A stretch of DNA of 64,000 nt from an uncultured Gemmatimonadaceae bacterium (GTDB taxonomy: Bacteria; Gemmatimonadota; Gemmatimonadetes; Gemmatimonadales; Gemmatimonadaceae): the NCBI GenBank assembly GCA_963829055.1, contig CAWHHI010000013.1, forward strand, positions 26,478-90,477, read 5' to 3'. The position numbers and the translations under genes are program-made. The notes beneath the pieces are model-generated. The model worked only from the letters and a program-made list of their open reading frames with translations. It had not been told where the DNA came from and did not search any database. The number at the start of each line of letters is the position of its first letter. Positions within the stretch are counted from its first letter, which is position 1. Positions 1 through 9,256 of the stretch are shown here, piece by piece.

Positions 1-105
1 ACGGAGCTGCCGCTCCTGCTTCGGTCGCCGGTCATTGCCGACGTCCCGGTGCTCGATACAACGGAGTTGCACGTGGCGGCGATCGTCGACCGCCTGCGGC
101 GTTAG
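1..105 (+). CDS. 3' end of an aspartate/glutamate racemase family protein (truncated by window edge)
   Basis: Frame 1 reads TELPLLLRSPVIADVPVLDTTELHVAAIVDRLRR*, matching the racemase C-terminal (C)TELPL...DTT..H pattern. Confidence 0.7.
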   Translation, partial: TELPLLLRSPVIADVPVLDTTELHVAAIVDRLRR

Positions 106-137
106 GCATCACGTCCTTCGGACGCGGAGATAGAGAC

Positions 138-524
138 ATGTGGCGAAACATGCTGAGAGTAGCGGCGACGCTCGCGGTACTTCACGGCGTACTGACGTTC
201 GTCGTCGCGTTCACCGTCTTTCCAGGCAAGCGCGTCGACGTCATGGCGTTCGCCCAGCACGGGTTCACGTTCGTGTTCATCGCGTGCCTGAACGTCGCCA
301 CGTGGCAGTCACCGCGTCGTTCGCGCACCCTCGGCTATGTCGCCCACGCGTGCAACGTGGCGTTCCTCGGGTTCAACCTCGCGTTCAGTGTGGTCAACCC
401 GGAGCCACCCACGATCGTGGCGGCGGTCGTCCTGCTTCTTCTGACGGTGGCCGCCGTTGGGGTAGACACCTCGCTCCGCCGGAACGAGATGAGGCTGGCC
501 TCGATGGGCGTCGCGGCGGCATGA
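138..524 (+). CDS. Hypothetical membrane protein, about 4 TM segments
   Basis: 128 aa ORF with hydrophobic segments; GGAGA upstream. Confidence 0.65.
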   Translation: MWRNMLRVAATLAVLHGVLTFVVAFTVFPGKRVDVMAFAQHGFTFVFIACLNVATWQSPRRSRTLGYVAHACNVAFLGFNLAFSVVNPEPPTIVAAVVLLLLTVAAVGVDTSLRRNEMRLASMGVAAA

Positions 525-543
525 GACGGCACCGAGCCAACAT

Positions 544-984
544 GTGTGCGAAGCGGTGACGTCGAGGGCTCGCGAGACGGGCGCGCGAGGCGTGATCGCG
601 GCCGTCACCATCGGAATTGGCCTCATCGTTCACTGGCACGGAGCCCCGCTCGGGCAAACCGCGCGCGACGTAGCGGGAGACGCGCTGTGGGCGGCGATGA
701 TGTTCTGGCTCGTCTCGATCGTCGCGCCGGGCGTGCGCTGGCGGTGCGCGGCAGTCATCGCGCTCGGCATCTGCTTCGCGGTCGAGGTGAGCCAGCGCTA
801 CCACACGCCGTCGCTCGACGCGCTCCGTGGCACGACCATAGGACACCTCGTGCTCGGGAGCGGATTCGACCCCCGTGACTTCGCGGCATACACGGCGGGA
901 GTGCTCGCTGCGATGCTGCTGGACCGCGGTCTCGAGCGCCGCGGCGAGCAGCGGTCGCGCGCCGTGGCGCAGGACAGAGCCTAA
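544..984 (+). CDS. DUF2809-like membrane protein (start uncertain)
   Basis: GDALWA, EVSQ, LVLGSGFDPRDFAAYTAG motifs. Confidence 0.75.
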   Translation: MCEAVTSRARETGARGVIAAVTIGIGLIVHWHGAPLGQTARDVAGDALWAAMMFWLVSIVAPGVRWRCAAVIALGICFAVEVSQRYHTPSLDALRGTTIGHLVLGSGFDPRDFAAYTAGVLAAMLLDRGLERRGEQRSRAVAQDRA

Positions 985-1138
985 CGGTCGCCGACCAGCC
1001 GGCGCATCGCCTGACGCCATCGTCGACGACGCGATTTCCGGGTGGGGCTCCGCGGCGGAAGAAATGCCCGTCGAAACGGCTGCAGCGCTCGGGCTTTTCT
1101 TCCACCTCACTTGACGCACACGGACGCTCCCGTCCCGG

Positions 1139-1705
1139 TCACGCTGTCGGCGCGTAGGCGAGGACGACGTTGCCGTTCGCAAACGAGCGGACACTCGTGC
1201 GTCTGAGCGTCAGCGGCCCGTTCACGCCGTCGAACATCGTCCGCCCGCCTCCAACCGCGATCGGATTCACGACGACGAAGAACTCGTCGATCAGCCCTGC
1301 CTGCGCGAGCTGAGCCACGATGCTGCCGCTGCCGAGGATCGTCATGTCGCTCCCTGGCGCGTTCTTGAGGGCTCGTACTTCGGAAGCGAGATCGCCCTTG
1401 AGCAGCGTGGTATTCTGCCACGACGCCTCCTTCAGCGTGCGCGAGAACACGATCTTCTGCAGCTCGTTCATGTGCCGGGCGAGGTCCGGGGTATTCTGCA
1501 GCGCGGCGGGTGTCGGCCAGTAGCTCGCCATCATCTGATACGTGACCCGGCCGAACACCAACGTGCCGCCAGAGCTGGCGTTCCCGGCGACGAACTCGTT
1601 CCACTCGGTGTCATCGTTAGGCCGGTGCGCCCAGCTCATGTCGCCCTTGGCGTCCGTGAAGCGGCCGTCGAGTGATATCTGGTTGAATACGGTCAGTTTT
1701 CGCAT
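1139..1705 (-). CDS. Dihydrofolate reductase / RibD C-terminal domain protein
   Basis: MRKLTVFNQISLDG, GRVTYQ, GSGSIV, LIDEF motifs; true start is ATG at 1705, inside ORF 1139..1969. Confidence 0.9.
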   Translation of the reverse strand: MRKLTVFNQISLDGRFTDAKGDMSWAHRPNDDTEWNEFVAGNASSGGTLVFGRVTYQMMASYWPTPAALQNTPDLARHMNELQKIVFSRTLKEASWQNTTLLKGDLASEVRALKNAPGSDMTILGSGSIVAQLAQAGLIDEFFVVVNPIAVGGGRTMFDGVNGPLTLRRTSVRSFANGNVVLAYAPTA

Positions 1706-1814
1706 GGTCGGTTGTCCGTTTGGTTGGTTTTGGCAGCTGCTTGCTGCTGGACAGCAAATCCAAGAATTGTCACCGCGATCGGTACGTCGCAGGTGATCGC
1801 GGATCGGGCGCAAT

Positions 1815-2081
1815 TCCAACAGCGACGCAGAATTCGCAGGCGCGTGTGCGCGCAACGCAGAAGGACGCAGAAAACGGCACCATTCGTTCGGGCAGAGTCC
1901 ATCTCGTCGACGACCGTGAAGACAGGGGAACGGCCTCGGGCGGGCCAACGCGTCCCGGGGTCGTTCCACGATCTCTCAAAGGCCTGGCGCGAACCGCCGT
2001 GTCCCAGCGGCCGTTTTCTGCGTCCTTCTGCGTTGCGGCCGCGGAGCGGGCCGCCTGCGTCGATTCTGCGTCGCTGTTGGA
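1815..2081. repeat. Repeat family R3 copy 1: about 270 bp MITE-like element with long terminal inverted repeats
   Basis: TCCAACAGCGACGCAGAAT...CGCAGAAGGACGCAGAAAAC / GTTTTCTGCGTCCTTCTGCG...ATTCTGCGTCGCTGTTGGA; second copy at about 36033-36369. Confidence 0.85.
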
Positions 2082-3364
2082 CGCCTCGATGAGATCAGCA
2101 GTCGAGGGTCCATGAGCCTGGCCTCGCAACTCAGGAGGCGTTTCTCGAGGAACCGACGCTCCGTCGCGTTTCGTGCGAGGCCGAGGGCCGCCTGGAAGCT
2201 CGCGCGCGCCGCGTCTCTGTTGCCGCGACGCAATTGCATCTCCCCCACCGCCGCTGGATAGAACGGGTAGCTCGCCAGCCGATCGCGGTCGTCGATCGCA
2301 TACAGCGCGTCGAGCCCCTGCTCTGCCCCATCGCGCTCGGCGATCGCGATCGCGCGATTGAGCGCCACCACCGGTGACGGCGCGAGGTCCATGAGCCTGT
2401 CGTACAGCGACACGATCGCCGCCCAGTCCGTGTCTTCGACGCGTCGTGCACTCGCATGGACGGCTGCGATGGCCGCCTCGACGTGATACGGCGTCAGCGT
2501 TAGGCCCGTGGCCGACTGCTCCAGCAGCGAGAGACCATCGGCAATCAGTCGGGCGTCCCACGCCGAACGATCCTGGTCGAGGAGCGGACTCAGGTCCCCG
2601 CCCGAATCGAGACGCGCCGGTAGTCGCGCCGCGTGCAGGCGCATCAACGCCGCGAGTGCGTTCGTGGTCGGCGTCGCCGCTGGCGGATGCTCGCGCAGCA
2701 GGTCCGCCAGCCGCATTGCTTCCGCGCACAGCTCCGCGCGAACCACGGACTTCGACGATGCGCCGTGATAGCCCTCGTTGAATAGCAGGTACAGCGCTTG
2801 TCGCACCGCCGAAAGGCGCGATTCGAATTCGCTGTCCGCGAGGTCGAACAACCGCGTGGAGCCCGCGAGCACCTGCTTCCCGCGCGATACACGCTTCTCG
2901 ATCGCCGCTCGGCCCGTCAGGAATGCGCTCGCGATCTCGTTCGCGCTGAAGCCGCACAGGATGTTGAGGATGAGTGCGACCTGCGTATCCTCCGACAGTC
3001 GCGGATGACAGCACGAGAACATCATCCGCAGCTGTTCGTCGCGAATCGTGTGCGCGGCGAACGCCTCGTCCACGAGTGGAACGATCGTCCATTCGCTCTC
3101 GAGCAGTCGCCCGAGCTCCGGCGCGAACGTGCGAGCCGTGCGCTCGCGCCTCACGACGTCGAGCGCACGATTCTTCGCCGTCGCCATCAGCCACGCTGTC
3201 GGATTCTCCGGGACACCGCGCTCGTTCCACACCTCGAGCGCGCGGGAGAACGCGTCCTGCACGACGTCTTCCGCGAGTGGCAGGTTGTGCACGCCGAAGA
3301 TGCGCGTGACCGCGGCAACCAGGCGGCCCGACTCGCGACGGAACAGCTGATCGTGCAGGTCCAT
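1976..3364 (-). CDS. ECF sigma factor with long C-terminal TPR-like extension (ECF42-like)
   Basis: AEDVVQDAF, CCHPRL, LFNEGY, DQDRSAWD, SPVVALNRAIA; follows a YciI gene; the last ~40 codons run into repeat R3, so the true stop may be earlier. Confidence 0.9.
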   Translation of the reverse strand: MDLHDQLFRRESGRLVAAVTRIFGVHNLPLAEDVVQDAFSRALEVWNERGVPENPTAWLMATAKNRALDVVRRERTARTFAPELGRLLESEWTIVPLVDEAFAAHTIRDEQLRMMFSCCHPRLSEDTQVALILNILCGFSANEIASAFLTGRAAIEKRVSRGKQVLAGSTRLFDLADSEFESRLSAVRQALYLLFNEGYHGASSKSVVRAELCAEAMRLADLLREHPPAATPTTNALAALMRLHAARLPARLDSGGDLSPLLDQDRSAWDARLIADGLSLLEQSATGLTLTPYHVEAAIAAVHASARRVEDTDWAAIVSLYDRLMDLAPSPVVALNRAIAIAERDGAEQGLDALYAIDDRDRLASYPFYPAAVGEMQLRRGNRDAARASFQAALGLARNATERRFLEKRLLSCEARLMDPRLLISSRRPTATQNRRRRPAPRPQRRRTQKTAAGTRRFAPGL

Positions 3365-3368
3365 CCGA

Positions 3369-3725
3369 CTACGCGGGCCTCTGGCCAACGGGCCGCACTT
3401 CGACGGAGCCTTCGCCATAGAGCATCGGGCAACCGCCCGCGAGCTCGACCGCCTCGGCCATGTCCTTCGCCTCGACCACGATGAAGCCAGCGACCATGTC
3501 CTTCACTTCCACATACGGCCCGTCTGTGACCGTCCTGCGCGGTCCACGAATGACTGTGCCCTTTGCGTCGAGCGGCTGGCCGGGATTCTTCAGGTGGCCA
3601 TTCGCTTCCAGTCCGCGAATCCAGTCCAGCCATACCTTCATGCTCTGCGCGGCCTGCTCGGGCGTCCCCATGACCTCGCGCTGCTCCGCACCGCTGACCC
3701 GAAACAGGTAGACGAACTCACTCAT
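3369..3725 (-). CDS. YciI/YCII-related (DGPF-type) protein
   Basis: VTDGPYVEVKDMVAGF, GSVEVRPV; GAGGAG RBS. Confidence 0.9.
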   Translation of the reverse strand: MSEFVYLFRVSGAEQREVMGTPEQAAQSMKVWLDWIRGLEANGHLKNPGQPLDAKGTVIRGPRRTVTDGPYVEVKDMVAGFIVVEAKDMAEAVELAGGCPMLYGEGSVEVRPVGQRPA

Positions 3726-3810
3726 GGTCGTGCTCCTCGTAGGTATCTGATGTATCGGGTTCCGGCGGCCCCACTCGGCCGTGCGCCGCCATCGTCCTGC
3801 TCGGCTATTC

Positions 3811-3837
3811 GACGTGCGAGCGAGTCATCATCGGACA
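3811..3837 (-). promoter_or_regulatory. Putative ECF42-type promoter for the leftward YciI-sigma operon
   Basis: TGTCCG-N17-CGTC; same spacing as the sites at 3956, 10975 and 20120. Confidence 0.55.
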
Positions 3838-3878
3838 TTCGAATTTTTGGACATCGAATTTTCGGACATCGAATTTTT
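3833..3878. repeat. Three tandem copies of a 15-16 bp unit GGACAT(T)CGAATTTT
   Basis: Read directly from the sequence. Confidence 0.9.
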
Positions 3879-3955
3879 CCGCGAGCTCGGATCTTCTGCT
3901 CCGGGGAACCGGTCCCCTAGGTTTCCGGGCGACTTTCCAAGCTGATCCAGAGCGA

Positions 3956-3982
3956 TGTAGAGAACGCGCGGCCGGCTCCGAC
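3956..3982 (+). promoter_or_regulatory. Putative ECF42-type promoter for the rightward YciI-sigma operon
   Basis: TGTAGA-N17-CGAC, about 50 bp upstream of the YciI ATG. Confidence 0.5.
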
Positions 3983-4032
3983 TTCTCTACGAAAGCGCCA
4001 CTACGGCGCGCAACCCGAGAGGAGAACGAACC

Positions 4033-4432
4033 ATGAGGTACATGCTGATGATGAACGCGCCGCGCGGCAACCGGCGACTACCAGATCAACAGCTGGTCGC
4101 CCGACGACCTCAAGGCCCACATCGGCGTTCATGCACCGCTCAACAAGGAGCTCGACGAATGCCGGCGAGCTCGTGGGCGCCGAGGGGCTCGCCGCGCCGG
4201 GCGAGGCGAAGCTCGTGCGCGCCGGCAAGAACGGCGGTCCGCCGGTCACCGACGGGCCTTCCCCGAATCGAAGGAATTCCTCGCCGGCTACTGGATCGTC
4301 GACGTCGACACGCCGGAGCGCGCGTACGAGATCGCCGCGAAAGCGTCGTCGGCGCCCGGACCCGGTGGCGCGCCGCTCGATCATGCCGATCGAAGTGCGT
4401 CAGGTGATGAGCGCACCGCCGCCGACATGTGA
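4033..4432 (+). CDS. YciI/DGPF-type protein (several frameshifts)
   Basis: MRYMLMM, GELVGAEGLA, VTDGP, PIEVRQVM spread across frames; AGGAG RBS. Confidence 0.85.
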
Positions 4433-5754
4433 CGACGCGCGACACGAGCGGACTCCGACGACGCTCACCATCGGGCACCTGCTGCGCGACCTCGCGCCGC
4501 AGGTGCTCGGCGCCGTCGCCCGTCGCCACGGTGACTTCGCTGCGGCGGAAGATGCCGTGCAGGAAGCGCTGATCGCGGCGGCGGCGCAGTGGCCGCACGA
4601 CGGCATTCCCGACAATCCACGCGGCTGGCTCTATCAGGTCGCCATTCGGCGTCTGACGGATCACGTGCGCAGCGAGATCGCGCGCCGCCGTCGCGAGGAC
4701 GTCGTGGCGACCGAATCGTCGGCGATCGAGACCGTCGTGCCACGGTCTTCGGCGAGATCGGCGCCGAGGAGGACGACACGCTCATGCTGCTCTTCATGTG
4801 CTGTCATCCGGCGCTGACGCCGCCGTCGGCGATCGCGCTCACGCTGCGCGCCGTCGGCGGCCTGACGACGGCGGAGATCGCGAACGCGTTCCTCGTCCCC
4901 GAAGCGACGATGGCGCAGCGCATCAGCCGCGCGAAGCAGAGCATCAAGACGTCGAAGGTCGCGTTCCGGCTGCCTAACGACGCCGAGCGCGCCGAGCGAC
5001 TGAGCGCGGTGCTGCACGTGCTGTATCTGATCTTCAGCGAGGGGTACACGAGCAGCGTCGGACCGGATCTGCAGCGCACCGATCTCGTCGAACGAGGCGA
5101 TCCGGCTGACGCGCACTGCTGCACGCGATTGCTGCCGAACGACGGCGAGGTCACCGGACTGCTCGCGCTCATGCTGCTCACCGACGCGCGGCGCGCGGCG
5201 CGCACGGGCCCGAACGGCGAGCTGATTCCGCTCGACGAGCAGGATCGCTCGCTCTGGGATCAGCGAGCTGATCGCCGAGGGAGTCGCGCTCGTCTCGCGC
5301 GCGTTGTCGCGGGGCGCGATCGGCCCGTATCAGCTGCAGGCGGCGATCGCGGCGCGTGCACGACGAGGCCGCGCGCGCCGAGGACACGGACTGGCCGCAG
5401 ATCCTCGCGCTGTACGGGCTGCTCGAGCGCATGTCGGACAATCCGATGGTGACGCTCAACCGCGCGATCGCGGCGGCGATGGTGCACGGTCCGGCGGTGG
5501 GGCTCGAGCTACTTGCAGCCAGCTCGATGCCGACGCGCGCATCGCGGGACACTATCGTCTCGACGCGGTGCGCGGCCATCTCTACGAGATGGCCGGCGAT
5601 CCCGAGCGCGCGATCGGCACACTACCGCGCCGCGGCGGAGCGCACGACGAGCATCCCGGAGCGGAACTACCTCACCACCAAGGCCGCTCGGCTCGCGGCC
5701 GAGCAGCGCAAGGTGGGTGCGAAAGCCGATACGGCCGTAAAGCCTAACGTGTAA
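4429..5754 (+). CDS. ECF42-like sigma factor (several frameshifts; start approximate)
   Basis: AEDAVQEAL, CCHPAL, LIFSEGY, DEQDRSLWD, GPYQLQAAIAA, DWPQI, NPMVTLNRA across ORFs 4131, 4589, 5304 and 5356. Confidence 0.85.
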
Positions 5755-5761
5755 CTGGAGC

Positions 5762-5872
5762 GCCAGCTACGATGACCGTCGAGAAGATCCCTCGCTGTCG
5801 CTCGGGATGACACGCCGTTTCTCCGCCGTCCGCCTCCTCCTCCTCCTTCCTCCTTCCTCCTTCCTCGGACCT
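5762..5872. repeat. Half R1 REP-like element followed by a C-rich short-repeat tract
   Basis: AGATCCCTCGCTGTCGCTCGGGATGAC, then CCTCCT/CCTTCCT repeats. Confidence 0.8.
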
Positions 5873-5875
5873 CCG

Positions 5876-6355
5876 TCAGCGCGTCTTCGCGAGCAACCGA
5901 TCGAGCGCCTCGTAGCTCTGATTGAGGCCGCCCTCCATTCCGGAGTTGAGCATTCCGTCGCGCTCTTCCGTGGTGTGGAATAGCGAGGTGGTGACCACTC
6001 TCGTCCGTCCGTTGCCAATGTCCTCGAGCTCCGTGGATTCGACGATCACGTACCCCGGCATGCCGTCCCACTCGAACGTGCGGACGATGCGTTCCTGCGG
6101 CGTGACTTCGCGATAGCGGCCCTCGAAGCCGTGTGTGCCATCGGGCGCGTGCTCGACGTACCGCCAGTGGCCGCCGCGCTCGACCTCCATCCGCTCGATG
6201 ACGAGCGTGTTGCCGCGCCCCCACCACTCGGCAACGAGCTTGGGGTCGGTGAACGCACGCCAGACTCGGTCGACGGAGGCATCGAACACGCGCTCGACGC
6301 GGATCTGGCGATCGGACGGCTTGGTGATCTTGGACCGTGCGGATGTGGTGGTCAT
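5876..6355 (-). CDS. SRPBCC/AHSA1 domain protein
   Basis: RVFDAS..RVWRAFTDP..VAEWWG, GMEGG..QSYEALD; AAGGAG RBS. Confidence 0.9.
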   Translation of the reverse strand: MTTTSARSKITKPSDRQIRVERVFDASVDRVWRAFTDPKLVAEWWGRGNTLVIERMEVERGGHWRYVEHAPDGTHGFEGRYREVTPQERIVRTFEWDGMPGYVIVESTELEDIGNGRTRVVTTSLFHTTEERDGMLNSGMEGGLNQSYEALDRLLAKTR

Positions 6356-6690
6356 CTGTCATCTCCTTTGGTGCGCTCGAGAAATTCCCCGAGGCTGTCG
6401 AGGCGGGCGTCGAGCATCTTCTGGTACTTTCCGATCCAGGCGGCTTCGTCCGCCAATCGGCGTGGTCCCAGCCGGCACATGCGCACGCGCCCGATCTTCT
6501 CCGTCCTAACGAGGCCGGCATCCTCGAGGAGCCGTACATGCTTCTTCATTCCGGTGAGCGTCATCTCGAACGTTTGCGCGAGCTCGGTGATCGAGGCCTC
6601 TCGACGCCCGAGTCGTTCGAGGATCCCGCGTCGGGTCGAGTCGGCGACGGCGGCGAACGTGGCGTCCAGGTTTCGCTGATACTGAACCAT
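6352..6690 (-). CDS. ArsR/SmtB family transcriptional regulator
   Basis: LDATFAAVADSTRRGIL, KHVRLLEDAGLV..EKIGRVR; overlaps the SRPBCC start by 4 bp. Confidence 0.9.
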   Translation of the reverse strand: MVQYQRNLDATFAAVADSTRRGILERLGRREASITELAQTFEMTLTGMKKHVRLLEDAGLVRTEKIGRVRMCRLGPRRLADEAAWIGKYQKMLDARLDSLGEFLERTKGDDR

Positions 6691-6702
6691 GTGGTTCAGT
6701 AT
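6679..6702. promoter_or_regulatory. Probable ArsR autoregulatory operator
   Basis: ATACTGAACCA-TG-TGGTTCAGTAT inverted repeat covering the ArsR start codon. Confidence 0.7.
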
Positions 6703-6817
6703 ATGTGAGCGCTCGGTTGGGCGCAATGGGTTCGTTCGACGGGCGAGGGACTGCTTCGACAACACTCTCAGACGAAAGATGAAAACGGATTCGTCTGATC
6801 TGACGGATTGACTCCTT

Positions 6818-7060
6818 TGTCATCCCGGGGAGCGCCAGCAGGTTGTCATCCCGAGGAGCGCCAGCGACGAGGGAGTCTTCTGTGATGTCATCGTAGTCAG
6901 ACTGGCCACCATGACGTTCGAGAAGATCCCTCGCTGTCGCTCGGGATGACAAACGCTGGCGCTCGGGATGATACCGTCGTTTCCTCCGCCCTCCGCCCTC
7001 CGCCCTCCGCCTTCCGCCATCCGCCTCCGCCATCCGCCTTCCGCCTTCCTCAAGCCTCCG
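6818..7060. repeat. R1 REP-like palindrome with duplicated ends, then a 7-mer (CTCCGCC-like) tract
   Basis: GTCATCCCGAGGAGCGCCAGCGACGAGGGA ... TCCCTCGCTGTCGCTCGGGATGAC; about 9 CHCCGCC-like units. Confidence 0.85.
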
Positions 7061-7068
7061 TGGCTCCT

Positions 7069-8118
7069 CTACCGGAAAGGCCCCTCGACCTGCCCGCGAA
7101 TCTCGCCCGCCGGAAACGCCGACGTATGCAGGTCGATGTACACCTTGCCCGGCGCGAGCAGCTTGACGAGTGAGTCGAGCGAGATCGCCGGCCGACCACC
7201 CTGCGGGCGAATGTCCGCCGCGCCAAACGATCCGTTCAGCGCACCGAAGCTCGTGGCCTGTGCACCGATGGGAAGATCCACCAACGTGCCAGCGACGTCC
7301 GTCGTGTCGCCCGGGCCGTGCAAATGCGCCTCGACCGCCGGGCCTGAAAGGGCCGACCACGTGATCGTGTAGTTGATCCTGTCACCGGTACGGAAGAAGA
7401 ACGCGACGCCTGCACCGGCCGTCGGAACCGGATTCGGCTTCACGAGATCGCTCAGCATGAGCGCGGCGTGGTCGAAGTTCGCCGGCGACCGGGTGCTGAT
7501 GGCGGCGGTGTCACTCGCTGTCACGCCATCCTTCGTCAGCGTCGCGGTGATGATCGCCGATGGCAATGCAGGGAACGCGAAGATCGCCGTAACGACGCCC
7601 GTGTTCGAGACGATCACGCTTCCCGGATTGCTCGACGTGAACGTGAAACCCGTTAGGCCATTCAACGGATTGCCACGGGCATCGAGGCCCGTCGTCACGA
7701 GCTGCGCGGTGGAGCCGAGCGTGACAACGGGGACAGGGCTCGTGACGACGACGGACGCGAGCGCGCGACGCACCAGGACGGTGGCCGTCCCCTGGACGGA
7801 CCCGGCGCTCGCGGTGATCGTCGCGACGCCGTCCTCGACGGCGGTGATCGTCGCGGTGCTGCCCGTTCCCACGACGGTTGCGACGGCGGGGTCATCGGAC
7901 GTCCACGTCAGCGACGGCGAGGGCACGACCGACTGGTTGGCATCCTTCACCACCGCGGTCACTGTTCGCGTATCGCCGGCGGACGTCATGACGGCATCGG
8001 GCGACAGCGTGAGTCCGACAGAAGCGACGACCGTGTTCGGGTACGCCGGACCATCGTTGTCATAGCCACACCCAGCCAGACCTACACTCGCGCACAGTAC
8101 GACATATGAAAACCGCAT
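7069..8118 (-). CDS. Lipoprotein with two Ig-like (Big_2-type) domains and a C-terminal CHRD domain
   Basis: LAGC lipobox; WTSDDPAVATV and FTSSNPGSV repeats; AHLHGP and YIDLHT..FPAGEIRGQV. Confidence 0.85.
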   Translation of the reverse strand: MRFSYVVLCASVGLAGCGYDNDGPAYPNTVVASVGLTLSPDAVMTSAGDTRTVTAVVKDANQSVVPSPSLTWTSDDPAVATVVGTGSTATITAVEDGVATITASAGSVQGTATVLVRRALASVVVTSPVPVVTLGSTAQLVTTGLDARGNPLNGLTGFTFTSSNPGSVIVSNTGVVTAIFAFPALPSAIITATLTKDGVTASDTAAISTRSPANFDHAALMLSDLVKPNPVPTAGAGVAFFFRTGDRINYTITWSALSGPAVEAHLHGPGDTTDVAGTLVDLPIGAQATSFGALNGSFGAADIRPQGGRPAISLDSLVKLLAPGKVYIDLHTSAFPAGEIRGQVEGPFR

Positions 8119-8530
8119 CGATCCTCCTGAAGGTCCGCATTCGGAGCTCGACGCGACGTGCTATCGACCCATCTTCAGTCGACCGCACGCCGGCGAGCCA
8201 TTGCCTTCAGAAACGTCCCGGCGCGAACTATCCGGACATGCGGTGTCGCCGTTAGGTGCCGCTACGTATTACCGGTCTGACGGTGCGAACGTCAGCTTCG
8301 GCATAGAACGTGTCGTTCCACGCCATGCCCGGCGTCCGCGACTCTCGGGCTGGAAGTCAGGGTATGCTGACTGTCGACAGCGCCGGGTGGGCTGTACCCT
8401 TTACGCGGACCGTAGGCCGCCCAATCGGCCAGACGGGACGATAACGCCCGTGCGTCCCGCTCACCAACCGCCGCCGTCCGTCGGCGCGCGGACGCGGTCT
8501 CACGCTACAGGCGTTAGGTGCAATCCGAAT

Positions 8531-8825
8531 ATGCCGAGACGAAGAACGTACGACAGCCAATTTTCGTATCCATGGAGCGTTCGTGCTGCAATCGCGCGCG
8601 CTGTTCGTGCTGCGCGGAATGGTGACTGCCGGTGCTGTGAGTATCGGACAACACGTCACGCAGCCGGAGGGATTGGACGCGATCGTCGCGGGTGTCGAGG
8701 GTCGCCTCTCGGATCCCGCGGGTGGCGCGTCGCAGACGGCGCTCACGTTCCGTTACAGTGGCCCGGCGCAACTCGCGCGCTGGCAGACGCTGGCCCGAGA
8801 GGGCGTCGAGCTGACACTCTCCTAG
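8531..8825 (+). CDS. Small hypothetical protein (5' end probably frameshifted)
   Basis: ORF 8583..8825 with coding-like codons; ATG at 8531 is out of frame. Confidence 0.35.
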
Positions 8826-9009
8826 TCATTCCGAGCGGGTGATGTCATTCCGAGCGAGCGCGAGCGCAGTCGAGGAATCGAGATCCTGCACGATAGAGAG
8901 CCCTCTACGCGGTACGATCGCGATTCCTCGACTGCGGCCTGCGGCCTCGCTCGGAATGACAACAGATTCCCTCGACTCCGCCGCTTTCGCGGCTCCGCTC
9001 GGAATGACA
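8825..9009. repeat. R2 REP-like palindrome with duplicated ends
   Basis: GTCATTCCGAGC..GTCGAGGAATC..TAGAGAGCCCTCTA..GATTCCTCGAC..GCTCGGAATGAC. Confidence 0.9.
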
Positions 9010-9256
9010 ACCCTCCGCTCGAGCCACCAACGTCAGCCACGCACCGGGCCGCCTCCATACGCCACGTGACGTATGAGGTTGCCGTACACTCGACGACAAG
9101 CCAACCGGCCCGCACGTTAGGCATCATCGAAGCCGAGCTCGCGGCCAAGGTACAGGCCGGTACCATGCTCGCCGACTGGCCAATCAACCACGCGACGTAT
9201 TGGCGTCGGGCGGCTGACCGTACGCTCTGACCCGCCAGCCGTTAGGTTAGGCGGCG

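Noticed and set aside
1770..3230. Long alternative-frame or antisense ORFs (for example 1770..3230, 34684..35985, 55472..56629)
   Set aside because: Arg/Ala/Pro-rich shadows of real genes, expected in high-GC DNA
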